Under the pieces are notes generated by a model. It was not told the origin of the DNA. It did not search any database and saw only the letters and a program-made list of their open reading frames with translations. A stretch of DNA of 64,000 bases from Candidatus Babelota bacterium (lineage in GTDB: Bacteria > Babelota > Babeliae > Babelales > JAUPTZ01), in contig JAUPTZ010000006.1 in assembly GCA_030917815.1 (NCBI GenBank), positions 20,403-84,402 of the forward strand. The letters run 5' to 3'. Shown here piece after piece: positions 18,837 to 26,855 of this stretch. Position numbers and translations under genes: made by a program. Each line of letters opens with the position of its first letter. Position 1 is the first letter of the stretch.

Positions 18837-19895
18837 TTACGCAGCTTCTGCAGCAACAGGCGTTGTAGCAGTCTTATTGCGATTCTTAGCCATACGGATA
18901 AGACCGGTGATTGGACCACGAGGACCTTTGTTACCAGTCATAAGACCGGTAGATTCCATAATCGCAATCATCAAGCCAACCGACATACCTTCAACAAAGC
19001 CAGGAGTCAACAACAACTTGCCAAGACGGCTTGTTGGGTTTACCAAACCGCGAGTGAACAAGGCATTAACCATGCTCTTCTTCCACACGATAGTAGCACC
19101 AAGACCAAGACCAGCAACCGTATCAATACCGGTAGCCACCGCATGACGCTTGTTGAACGAACCATCTTCAGAGGTATTCCAGTGTCCTTTAATACGTTGA
19201 CCATAGGTTGGTTTCGCAACCGCAGGAGCAGCAACAGCAACAGCAACAGGCAACGATTTCAAGGCAGCCTTACCTGCAACAAGCTCTTCAGTTGTCGGCA
19301 TTGTACGTACTTTTGATCGATCAGTAGCCTTAGTGAGCTTACCAACATTTCCTTTATACGTCCCGGCAGTTTTCTTATCGCCAGCTTCAAATGATTCGTC
19401 AACAGTAGTGTCTGCTACCGTAAAGCCACGAGCTGCATCTTGTGCTGCAACTTCTTCAGGCGTTAGGTACGTAGGCAAAGCATTGAGAACAATGTCTTTA
19501 CCATCTTTACCTTTACCACGCTTATACTTTAATGCTTGCGAAGTTGTAGCTGTTACGCCTTCCTTAGCAGACCACTCACCAGCAGTATGTACCGATGGGC
19601 TAGCCACTTTATGCTTGCTCATGGCAAGCTTCCTTGTCTTATAAGCATTATGAGCGCTGCGTCCACGGAACCATCGAGCAATCCTCCCGTGAGCGGTGCC
19701 CTGCTCTTCTTCACTATAAACCTTCGGTGTCGCAACCGGTGGCCTTACAGCATCGCCTTCGCCTTCAACAACTGTCTCAACAGGTTTTGACGTGTCTTCA
19801 ACAAGTGTCTCAACAGGTTTTGAGTCAGCAGACGATGCATTAACGCCAGCAAACGATGCCGACAATGCAAGAAGTAATAACATCATACGATTCAT
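18837..19895 (-). CDS. Exported hypothetical protein (352 aa) carrying a conserved ~110-aa C-terminal hydrophobic domain shared with the next gene
   Basis: Signal peptide MNRMMLLLLALSASFAGVNA, AAGGAG SD, a tandem KPVET repeat near the N-terminus, and C-terminus ...PVAAEAA. Confidence 0.88.
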   Translation of the reverse strand: MNRMMLLLLALSASFAGVNASSADSKPVETLVEDTSKPVETVVEGEGDAVRPPVATPKVYSEEEQGTAHGRIARWFRGRSAHNAYKTRKLAMSKHKVASPSVHTAGEWSAKEGVTATTSQALKYKRGKGKDGKDIVLNALPTYLTPEEVAAQDAARGFTVADTTVDESFEAGDKKTAGTYKGNVGKLTKATDRSKVRTMPTTEELVAGKAALKSLPVAVAVAAPAVAKPTYGQRIKGHWNTSEDGSFNKRHAVATGIDTVAGLGLGATIVWKKSMVNALFTRGLVNPTSRLGKLLLTPGFVEGMSVGLMIAIMESTGLMTGNKGPRGPITGLIRMAKNRNKTATTPVAAEAA

Positions 19896-20008
19896 ACGTA
19901 TCTCCTTCGTTTATATTCATATACTCTGAATCTTCACATCATTCATAGAGTCATCAAGGCCGGCGGCACAGAGTATTGCAAACGCGCCGATCTCGATTCG
20001 ATATCATT

Positions 20009-20037
20009 ATTATAATTACTATGTGAAACTTAGTCAA
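20009..20037 (-). promoter_or_regulatory. Sigma70-type promoter of the 18837-19895 gene
   Basis: Minus strand reads TTGACT - 17 nt - TATAAT, ~105 nt upstream of the ATG. Confidence 0.65.
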
Positions 20038-20050
20038 GGATATATACAAA

Positions 20051-20078
20051 GAAAACCCCGAGTTTAAACGGGGTTTTC
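20051..20078 (-). terminator. Rho-independent terminator downstream of the 20103-21509 gene
   Basis: gaaaaccccg-agtttaaa-cggggttttc. On the minus strand the stem is followed by tttctttgtatat. Confidence 0.75.
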
Positions 20079-20102
20079 TAAAAGTATGAAGAAAATAGAG
20101 TG

Positions 20103-21509
20103 TTACGCAGCAATAGCAGGCGCATTTCGGTTCTGATGCCAGTCTCTCAGCATACGTACCGATCCGGTGACCGGACCATAATGTCCACCCTTACCGGTCA
20201 CTAAACCGGTCATTTCCATAAAGAAGGCAAGCAAGCTCAACGTGATACCACCACGCACAAAGCGGTTGCGTAAGATTTTGCCAAGCGTGCTGGTTGGGCT
20301 CACGATCCCCTTCTCAAAGAGAATATCGATCGGAATAAGCTTGTTCGTTGCAATGCCATAGCCGGCCAAGGTGACCGCCAGGGCATCGGCCGTTGCGGCG
20401 CCTACACGACGACCACGGGCCCAGTTCTTGTCGCTGCCTTCATAGGCTTTACCATCGGCATCGGTCGGGTTCAAGTAATAATCGCCGGTACGCTCAAGGA
20501 ACGATTGTTCTTCTGCTTCTTCAGCTTTTGCCGAGGCTCGCTTGCCAGATGAATTTCTAAAGAAATCACCTTTTAATTTTTTGCCGGTAGCTTTTTGACG
20601 TTCTGCAGCGGCCGCATCCCACTCGTTCATCACGCGCGTGCCTTCTTCTGGCGTCACGCGCTTAGCAAGAAGTGCAGTCGCTTCGGGAGAGCCGGCTTTA
20701 TGCCGCTTCTGGTCTGCTTTGTAACCCCAGCCACGTTTCTTGCTCGGTGTCGGCACGGCAACCGGTTCAACCTTTGGTGCCGTATCGACCACGGTCGCTG
20801 TTGGCTTTGGCTCTTCAACAACCGGTTCACCGGGCACAATAGCCGGATCAACGGCTTGCTTTACATCGGTCGCTGTTGGCTTTGGCTCTTCAACAGCCGG
20901 CTCACTAGACTGTTCAGCTTTACCTTTGGCAAGACGAGCTGCGGTTTGCTCGGAAACTAAGCGCCTGAACTCATCGGTATCTTTAAATCCAGCGAATTTG
21001 GCCGCCATGTCCTTAGCCTTTCTCGCCAGTCTTCCTTTCACCCCACCCTCATTAGCGGCGCGACGGGCGTTTTGCCGTACGGCACGTCCCGCTTCATCAC
21101 CAAAGAACTCGGTCCAGCGCTTGCCAGCGACCACTCGTTTTTCTTGCATGGCTCTGGTCATTTGTGCAATTTTTGCACCGGCTGCGGTCAAGACACTGGC
21201 AGGATCACCTAAACGCTCATTCAACTCGCTCTTGGTAAAACGCTCAACCTGCTTACCAAGGATTGTGGCATAGCGATCACTACTTAAATCGGTGCGACCA
21301 CTAGCATCAACACCATCGGTATATCCGAGGTTAACACGATCTTCTCTGGAAATAACATCACGAACATGTCTATCATAACGTGGACTTTGTTGGCTCCAAG
21401 TCCCGTCGCCATAAAACTGGCCACGGTCTTCATACCGCTCCTCTGCCGCAGCAAGACCACCAGCAAAAGCCGGTAATACTAAAAATAAAAGTAGTGTGGA
21501 TTTTCGCAT
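20103..21509 (-). CDS. Exported hypothetical protein (468 aa), a paralog of 18837-19895 in its C-terminal domain
   Basis: Signal peptide MRKSTLLLFLVLPAFAGGLAAA (ATG at 21509). An internal VEEPKPTAT repeat. The C-terminal domain GIVSPTSTLGKIL...MEMTGLVTGKGGHYGPVTGSVRM aligns with the preceding gene. It ends ...APAIAA. Confidence 0.88.
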   Translation of the reverse strand: MRKSTLLLFLVLPAFAGGLAAAEERYEDRGQFYGDGTWSQQSPRYDRHVRDVISREDRVNLGYTDGVDASGRTDLSSDRYATILGKQVERFTKSELNERLGDPASVLTAAGAKIAQMTRAMQEKRVVAGKRWTEFFGDEAGRAVRQNARRAANEGGVKGRLARKAKDMAAKFAGFKDTDEFRRLVSEQTAARLAKGKAEQSSEPAVEEPKPTATDVKQAVDPAIVPGEPVVEEPKPTATVVDTAPKVEPVAVPTPSKKRGWGYKADQKRHKAGSPEATALLAKRVTPEEGTRVMNEWDAAAAERQKATGKKLKGDFFRNSSGKRASAKAEEAEEQSFLERTGDYYLNPTDADGKAYEGSDKNWARGRRVGAATADALAVTLAGYGIATNKLIPIDILFEKGIVSPTSTLGKILRNRFVRGGITLSLLAFFMEMTGLVTGKGGHYGPVTGSVRMLRDWHQNRNAPAIAA

Positions 21510-21552
21510 AATGTCCCCCAAATCAGTTAAATAACAGTAATGCACACATACA

Positions 21553-21582
21553 AGTATAAATACTTTACGCCCAGAGCGTCAA
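21553..21582 (-). promoter_or_regulatory. Sigma70-type promoter of the 20103-21509 gene
   Basis: Minus strand reads TTGACG - 18 nt - TATACT. Confidence 0.5.
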
Positions 21583-21599
21583 CGATCATACGCAAACAA

Positions 21600-21632
21600 A
21601 GAGAAGCCTCGGCATACAACCAAGGCTTCTCT
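21600..21632 (-). terminator. Terminator hairpin downstream of the 21671-23428 gene
   Basis: agagaagcct / aggcttctct stem (10 bp) with a 13-nt loop. It is followed on the minus strand by tttgtttg. Confidence 0.6.
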
Positions 21633-21670
21633 CGTATAAAATAATGTCTTGAATAGAGTAGGTGGCAGTA

Positions 21671-23428
21671 TTATGCCGCAACTTCTACCGCAGGCGCATC
21701 TGGCCCAGCGATCAACATCGGCGTCTCTGCTTCGTCGGCTTCGCCGCGACATCGAGACATAACACCATCTACCGCACAACGTGCAATACAACGACGTCCC
21801 TCTTTGCCACGTGCAATGAGTGCAGAACCACCATCAATCAGGAAGAATTTCGCAACCGAAACCAACCGATTGAACCATGGCGCATCACCAAACTTCTTAG
21901 TAAACGCGCTGTTCGGGCTCAGATGCTTAATAAAGAGAATCAAGGTATCTTTACCGGTTATGAAGTCATGACCAAGTAATGCAACGTTACCGGTTTCAAT
22001 AATAGCATCAACCATACGACCAACCGCACACAAAGTTTGATGCTCAGAAACACCTTCAGCACCAAAATAAGACTTAAGATTGCCACCAATAGTTTTTGGC
22101 TCTACAACTTTCTCAGGAGTAGGCTCTACAACTACTTCAACTTTGTCGACAATCACCGGTTTTTCAGTAGGCTTGTCGATTGAACCGGAAGGAGCACCTG
22201 GTAACGGCTTAGCCGTAGCATCTATCGCCGGAGTTGTTGCGACAGGAGCTACCGGCTCTTTACCTTTTTTCGTTTCTGCTTCATCGGCAATACGCTTGGC
22301 GTCCGCTTCGTCAGCAAGGCGCTTTTCTTCGGCCACACGTTTCTCTTCAGCCGCTTTTTCCTCAGCAAGACGCGCCTCATCAGCAACACGCTTAGCTTCC
22401 GCTGCAGCCACACGTGCATCTTCAGCTATTTTTGCCGTGTACGCACCATTAAGTACTTCACCGGCTTCTTCAAGCAGAGCAGCTTCATCTTTAGTCAAAT
22501 CGATTGCCCCAGCGCTGTTTCTTTCCTTTGCCGCCGCAAGTGCCGCTACCTTAGCCTGCGCCTTGGCCTCTTCGGCCGCAATGAGATCTGCTTCAACTTT
22601 AGCAACATATTTTCTGTTCAATGTCTTACCAGCTTTTCCTAATAACGCGACTTGCTCGAGGGTAAGTTCAGCATCATCAGAGTCATTCGCCCTTACCGCT
22701 TCTTCAAGAAGCGCCGCTAATCGTTCTTCTTCGAGTTTCTTCGCTGCAAGAGCCTCTTGAGCAAGACGTTCCTCTGCAGCCGCTTTCAACGCCGCCGCGA
22801 CTTTACGAGCCTCGCTCGCTGCAATTGCCTTTTCAAAAGTTTCTTGCGCTTCACGTTTTTTTGCAAGGGCCTCACCCAGGCCGACAAGCTCGCTTACGGT
22901 TTTTTTGGAACCGTCTAAAAGCACTCTAACTTCTTCTTCTTTAAGAGCAATCTCATTCGTAAGATCGTTGACCACTTTATCTGCTGCTTCCTGCTCCGCA
23001 AGAGCTTTAGCAAGAGCCTCGCCTACACCTTCTACTACTACCGGCTCAGCTAAAAGTGCTTCTCCATCACCGCCTTCCTCTTCGGCCTTAACCGGTGGTT
23101 TCAGCTTGAGCACTTCACCATCTACCCGATTTTTCTCTCTGGACGCTTCGGCCAGCGCCGCTTTACACAAATCCAACGCCGTGGCACGCTCCTCTAATAC
23201 TTTGAGTTGCTCCTCAGACGCAGCATTCAGCGCTACATACTCAGCACGCACAGCATCTACTTCGGCGTCCAGTGTAGTTTTTTCGGCTACCAATGCATCG
23301 TAGGCCACCCCAATCTGTGCCAGACTCTCAGTTGCTTCGACAACAAGATCAACGTCGGCCGCCATCATGACGCCGGCTGACGCATTAAGAGCCAGCACCA
23401 AGAGTAATATTTGTTTCATGCTTGTCAT
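21671..23428 (-). CDS. Exported Ala/Glu/Lys-rich coiled-coil protein (585 aa) with a C-terminal globular region
   Basis: GGAGA SD 7 nt upstream of the ATG at 23428. Signal peptide MTSMKQILLLVLALNASAGVMMA. A long heptad-like AEEKRVAEEKRLADEA region. It ends ...APAVEVAA. Confidence 0.88.
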   Translation of the reverse strand: MTSMKQILLLVLALNASAGVMMAADVDLVVEATESLAQIGVAYDALVAEKTTLDAEVDAVRAEYVALNAASEEQLKVLEERATALDLCKAALAEASREKNRVDGEVLKLKPPVKAEEEGGDGEALLAEPVVVEGVGEALAKALAEQEAADKVVNDLTNEIALKEEEVRVLLDGSKKTVSELVGLGEALAKKREAQETFEKAIAASEARKVAAALKAAAEERLAQEALAAKKLEEERLAALLEEAVRANDSDDAELTLEQVALLGKAGKTLNRKYVAKVEADLIAAEEAKAQAKVAALAAAKERNSAGAIDLTKDEAALLEEAGEVLNGAYTAKIAEDARVAAAEAKRVADEARLAEEKAAEEKRVAEEKRLADEADAKRIADEAETKKGKEPVAPVATTPAIDATAKPLPGAPSGSIDKPTEKPVIVDKVEVVVEPTPEKVVEPKTIGGNLKSYFGAEGVSEHQTLCAVGRMVDAIIETGNVALLGHDFITGKDTLILFIKHLSPNSAFTKKFGDAPWFNRLVSVAKFFLIDGGSALIARGKEGRRCIARCAVDGVMSRCRGEADEAETPMLIAGPDAPAVEVAA

Positions 23429-23524
23429 ACGTAGTCTCCATTCTTTAGACGTTTCATATTCTGATCTTTTGTGGCTCAGCATCAAAGGCTCAGAAAGGAA
23501 AAAATCTTTGCCAAACCAGACATT

Positions 23525-23553
23525 ATTGTAATGACAGTATCAAGAAAGGTCAA
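23525..23553 (-). promoter_or_regulatory. Sigma70-type promoter of the 21671-23428 gene
   Basis: Minus strand reads TTGACC - 17 nt - TACAAT. Confidence 0.6.
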
Positions 23554-23588
23554 TGACCGTGCCAGGAAGAGAACGAGCAACAAAGCAT

Positions 23589-23616
23589 AAAGGCCCCGGT
23601 CGATGCCGAGGCCTTT
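23589..23616 (-). terminator. Hairpin downstream of the 23645-24496 gene
   Basis: aaaggcc...ggccttt outer stem with an inner cgg/ccg pairing. Confidence 0.45.
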
Positions 23617-23644
23617 GCTAATAATAGGCTAATACGAGAGTATC

Positions 23645-24496
23645 TTAGGCCGTTACTGGGGGTGCCGACGGCTCTAGAAGGGGCGTATCTTTTGTAGCTG
23701 CCGCTTTTGCTGGCTTAGTCATATACATATAGATATAACCGCTTGCCGCACCGGCTGCAATGATAATCGCGGCCATTGCAATGGTATTATTAAGTACCGC
23801 GTCAAACTTGGTACCAATACCACGGAATGCGTTTTCAATCGCGGCAATAATGCGATCTACATAACCGGCATCACCAAACGTAGCCTTAAAGAATCGGTGC
23901 GCAACACCAGAAATAAATTTAACCAGGCTCGCCAAGTTGCCGGCAATAATCGCTTTGCGGCCACGAAGTGAAAACTCAAGAAGCATTGCCACTACAAAAC
24001 CAACCCAAATGCCACGCCAAGCCTTCGCAGTCATGGTGCCTTCATGCGCACCACCAACATACATACCGGTTGTAATACCGGCACCGGCTGCCAACAATGA
24101 ACGCCAATTAAGCACACCGTCATTATAAAGTAAGTGGTTTAAGTCTTTTTCAACCGCAATCAGCTTTTTTTGGATATATTGAGCCGAAGGACTATCAATA
24201 GTGATGCCAGGGATAGCAAGCATTGCTTGTAATTGTTGATTCAATTCATCGGCCTGTGCTTGTAATTCCAGCAGTTTTTGGTGCACGGCTGGATCAAGTT
24301 TTTTATCAATAAACTCAATCGCATCTTCAAATGTTCTTTGAGAAACCATCGTGCACGGCAATGCACTTGACAGGCTTCTTACCGCATCGGTACGAATCTC
24401 CATTACTTCACGAGCAACCCGTTCACCCGGCTCACCGGCTTGGCAACTAACCGCGACCAACGCAACAAGCGCCGTTAACATAAAACATTTTTTCAT
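23645..24496 (-). CDS. Exported/membrane hypothetical protein (283 aa) with paired hydrophobic segments
   Basis: Signal peptide MKKCFMLTALVALVAVSCQA, GGAGAG SD, hydrophobic pair LLAAGAGITTGMYVGG...WRGIWVGFVVAMLLEF and a third TM near the C-terminus. It ends ...APPVTA. Confidence 0.85.
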   Translation of the reverse strand: MKKCFMLTALVALVAVSCQAGEPGERVAREVMEIRTDAVRSLSSALPCTMVSQRTFEDAIEFIDKKLDPAVHQKLLELQAQADELNQQLQAMLAIPGITIDSPSAQYIQKKLIAVEKDLNHLLYNDGVLNWRSLLAAGAGITTGMYVGGAHEGTMTAKAWRGIWVGFVVAMLLEFSLRGRKAIIAGNLASLVKFISGVAHRFFKATFGDAGYVDRIIAAIENAFRGIGTKFDAVLNNTIAMAAIIIAAGAASGYIYMYMTKPAKAAATKDTPLLEPSAPPVTA

Positions 24497-24645
24497 ACTA
24501 CTCTCCTACCTAACTATACGTATCTCACTACCTTGTCCAGCGCCATACAATGCCCCACTATTGCGTAGCAGACAATTCATTTTTAGCAGCGCCATTTCGG
24601 TAATGTCAATTTTTTGCCATTTCCTTGCAGAAAAAAAGATTTTTC

Positions 24646-26442
24646 ATGCAGACTTTGTGCATGAAATTTTTCTTTCTGCTCATCACATTCCTCCTCCCCA
24701 CGCCAAGCCTGCATGGCTGGTTTCTCGATCCTGACCTTGTTCGCATCGCCAACAAATCGCCAATCGAACTGTTTGTTGCGATTTACTACGTACGAAATGG
24801 TACTGGTTACCGCACCGCAGGCCCGTTCTACCTCCCCCTCGACAACGCGGTCCACATTGAACTTCCTTCACCAAAATTTCTCCACACGCGCCGCCTCATC
24901 GCAACAAGTACCCCGGAAGAATTGTCGGAAGAAAAAGATCTTTCGACCATGCAGGAAATAACCTTAGGACTATTCAACCAGGCCGACTACACCGTCACGC
25001 TCAACCCGATGAATGCAGCCCCCCACATCTGTGACACCGCAACCTGGCGTACCTATGCGCCAATACCAACGTTTACGCCGATTCTATTGGCGCATGAACC
25101 ATTAGCAGCCGAAAAAGAGTTTATGATTAAGCGCATGCTCACCACACAACGGGCACAAGAACGTTACTGCAGCCAACCACTCACGCGACCGCTTCACATA
25201 GGTTTCTGCGCGAGCGGTGGCGGCTTTCGCGCCATGCTGGCCACCGCCGGCGTCGTATCAGGTCTTGAACAACTCGGTATTCTCCCCATGATAGACACCT
25301 GCCTTGGCCTCTCAGGATCTACCTGGTTTCTGTTTCCATGGGTACTCAGTCGACTTGACCCAACCGCATACACGGCGCAACTAGTACACTGGCTCGGCCA
25401 AGGCATCATTCATCATATTGCCCAGCAATACCATGACTTTGCTACCATCATCGCCACTAAAAAGGCCCACCAACTCTATATTAGCGGCATCGACATGTAC
25501 GGCATTAGCCTCGCCTACACACTCCTTAAACCGCTCCATGCCACTCCACTCGCCCTTACCACAAACGACATTGCCGAGGTATTAAAACCAGAGGACTATC
25601 CTCTTATCATCGGCAGTGCAGTCACCAGACCGCAACCATCAGACCCCTATGAATGGGTAACCTGTTCACCCTTTGCCATGACGTTGCTCAACGACCACTT
25701 GACCGTGCCCTCGGCCCTCGTCGGCGCGCAATTCCATAACCATCAACAACTCACCGCACCACCGGCACCGCTCCTATGCTATCTACTGGGCATCTTTGGC
25801 TCCTCTTTTTCTATCAGCATCAGAGATGCCCTAGAACGGGTACCGGAGGCACTGCAACCACTTCTCCACAGAATCTTACCTGAAAGTTGGCACACTAAAT
25901 CGTGGATCAATGCAAAAATAACGGCCGCTAAAATTGCCAACCCCCGCTACAAGACCGATCATTCCTCTCATGCCGCTATTAAGAGCATGGCGCTGGTTGA
26001 TGGTGGCTACCTCAACAATTTACCGCTGGAACCCTGTGTAAGAGCAAGCGCTACTCCCTACGACCTCCTCATTGTGCTTGATTGCAAACAAGAACGGCCT
26101 AACCGCATAAAAGCATTGCGCCACGCCGTTGCGGCACTTAAAGCCGATGCTCCGTGGCTTCCAGAAATCGACGAGACCGCCATCACACTCCTCCCCTTTT
26201 CGGTGCATGGCAATCCGGCCTCCGGACCGGTAGTTATCTATTGTACGGTAGAAGGAGATGAGGCCTACGACGCCACCTTTAATCCGGCGGCCGATCCGGC
26301 CTATGCTACCCCGCGCCTTATTTATCCTTTTGAACGGGCCGAGCGATTAAGTCGCTACATGACGCAGGTAATCACAAGCCATAAAGAGGTTTTTGAGAGC
26401 ATCATTAAAACGCTGGGGGAACGTGTCAAGCCACAGCTCTGA
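24646..26442 (+). CDS. Cytosolic-phospholipase-A2-like (cPLA2 / PLA2_B lysophospholipase-type) serine lipase with an N-terminal signal-like segment
   Basis: GGGFR oxyanion motif (25216-25230), GLSGS nucleophile motif (25306-25320) and VDGGYLNNLP Asp motif (Asp codon 25999-26001). The start is ambiguous: TTG 24625, ATG 24646 or ATG 24661. Confidence 0.8.
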   Translation: MQTLCMKFFFLLITFLLPTPSLHGWFLDPDLVRIANKSPIELFVAIYYVRNGTGYRTAGPFYLPLDNAVHIELPSPKFLHTRRLIATSTPEELSEEKDLSTMQEITLGLFNQADYTVTLNPMNAAPHICDTATWRTYAPIPTFTPILLAHEPLAAEKEFMIKRMLTTQRAQERYCSQPLTRPLHIGFCASGGGFRAMLATAGVVSGLEQLGILPMIDTCLGLSGSTWFLFPWVLSRLDPTAYTAQLVHWLGQGIIHHIAQQYHDFATIIATKKAHQLYISGIDMYGISLAYTLLKPLHATPLALTTNDIAEVLKPEDYPLIIGSAVTRPQPSDPYEWVTCSPFAMTLLNDHLTVPSALVGAQFHNHQQLTAPPAPLLCYLLGIFGSSFSISIRDALERVPEALQPLLHRILPESWHTKSWINAKITAAKIANPRYKTDHSSHAAIKSMALVDGGYLNNLPLEPCVRASATPYDLLIVLDCKQERPNRIKALRHAVAALKADAPWLPEIDETAITLLPFSVHGNPASGPVVIYCTVEGDEAYDATFNPAADPAYATPRLIYPFERAERLSRYMTQVITSHKEVFESIIKTLGERVKPQL

Positions 26443-26444
26443 AA

Positions 26445-26488
26445 CGTGGGCTAGCCCACGTCATCGCGAGCGTAGCGTGGCGATCCAG
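26445..26488. repeat. REP-like repeat, short subtype, reverse orientation
   Basis: Palindrome cgtgggctagcccacg + tcatcgcgagcgtagcgtggcgatccag. It starts 3 nt after the lipase stop codon. Confidence 0.8.
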
Positions 26489-26520
26489 TATTTGCTTGTT
26501 ATTGTTTACTACCAATTCTG

Positions 26521-26570
26521 CTGGATTGCCACGGCTTCACAATGGAAGCCTCGCAATGACGGCGACGCCG
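26521..26570. repeat. REP-like double-hairpin repeat, subtype B, forward orientation
   Basis: ctggattgccacggcttcacaatggaagcctcgcaatgac + cggcg-a-cgccg. It forms an inverted pair with 26445-26488 across a 32-bp AT-rich spacer. Confidence 0.8.
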
Positions 26571-26855
26571 CTTATTAAATTCTCGGACAGCCTCTTATAT
26601 AGATAGACGGCGCACAAGCACTGGATGCACAGTCGAGTGAGTATGGTTCGCCACTTTTAGCACTCGTCAAAAGCGAGTGGTGGCGAGAATTCGAAACGAG
26701 ATCGTTCGCATTCAGTACACTACACGCCATCACAAAGAAAGAGGCGGCTCTCCACAAAAACCCCAGCGGCTAATTGACAGACGCTAGTTTTCCACATACT
26801 GTTGCCAACCATGAGACACTGTACCCCGTACAACCGCTATACTAAAGGCAGTACT

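Noticed and set aside
22080-22760. 226-aa plus-strand ORF, and a second one at 22905-23303, antisense to the coiled-coil gene 21671-23428
   Set aside because: The translations are Ser/Ala/Thr low-complexity. This is the expected shadow of an Ala/Glu/Lys-rich gene read on the opposite strand. There is no start context or signal, and both ORFs lie fully inside a better-supported gene.
26575-26800. Possible structured ncRNA in the 413-bp spacer upstream of the 26856 gene (hairpin cgccac..cactcg/cgagtg-gtggcg at about 26650-26690)
   Set aside because: I see only a single imperfect hairpin. It does not resemble tmRNA, RNase P, SRP RNA, 6S RNA or any riboswitch core that I can recognise. The 60-aa minus-strand ORF there (26575-26757) has no coding support either.
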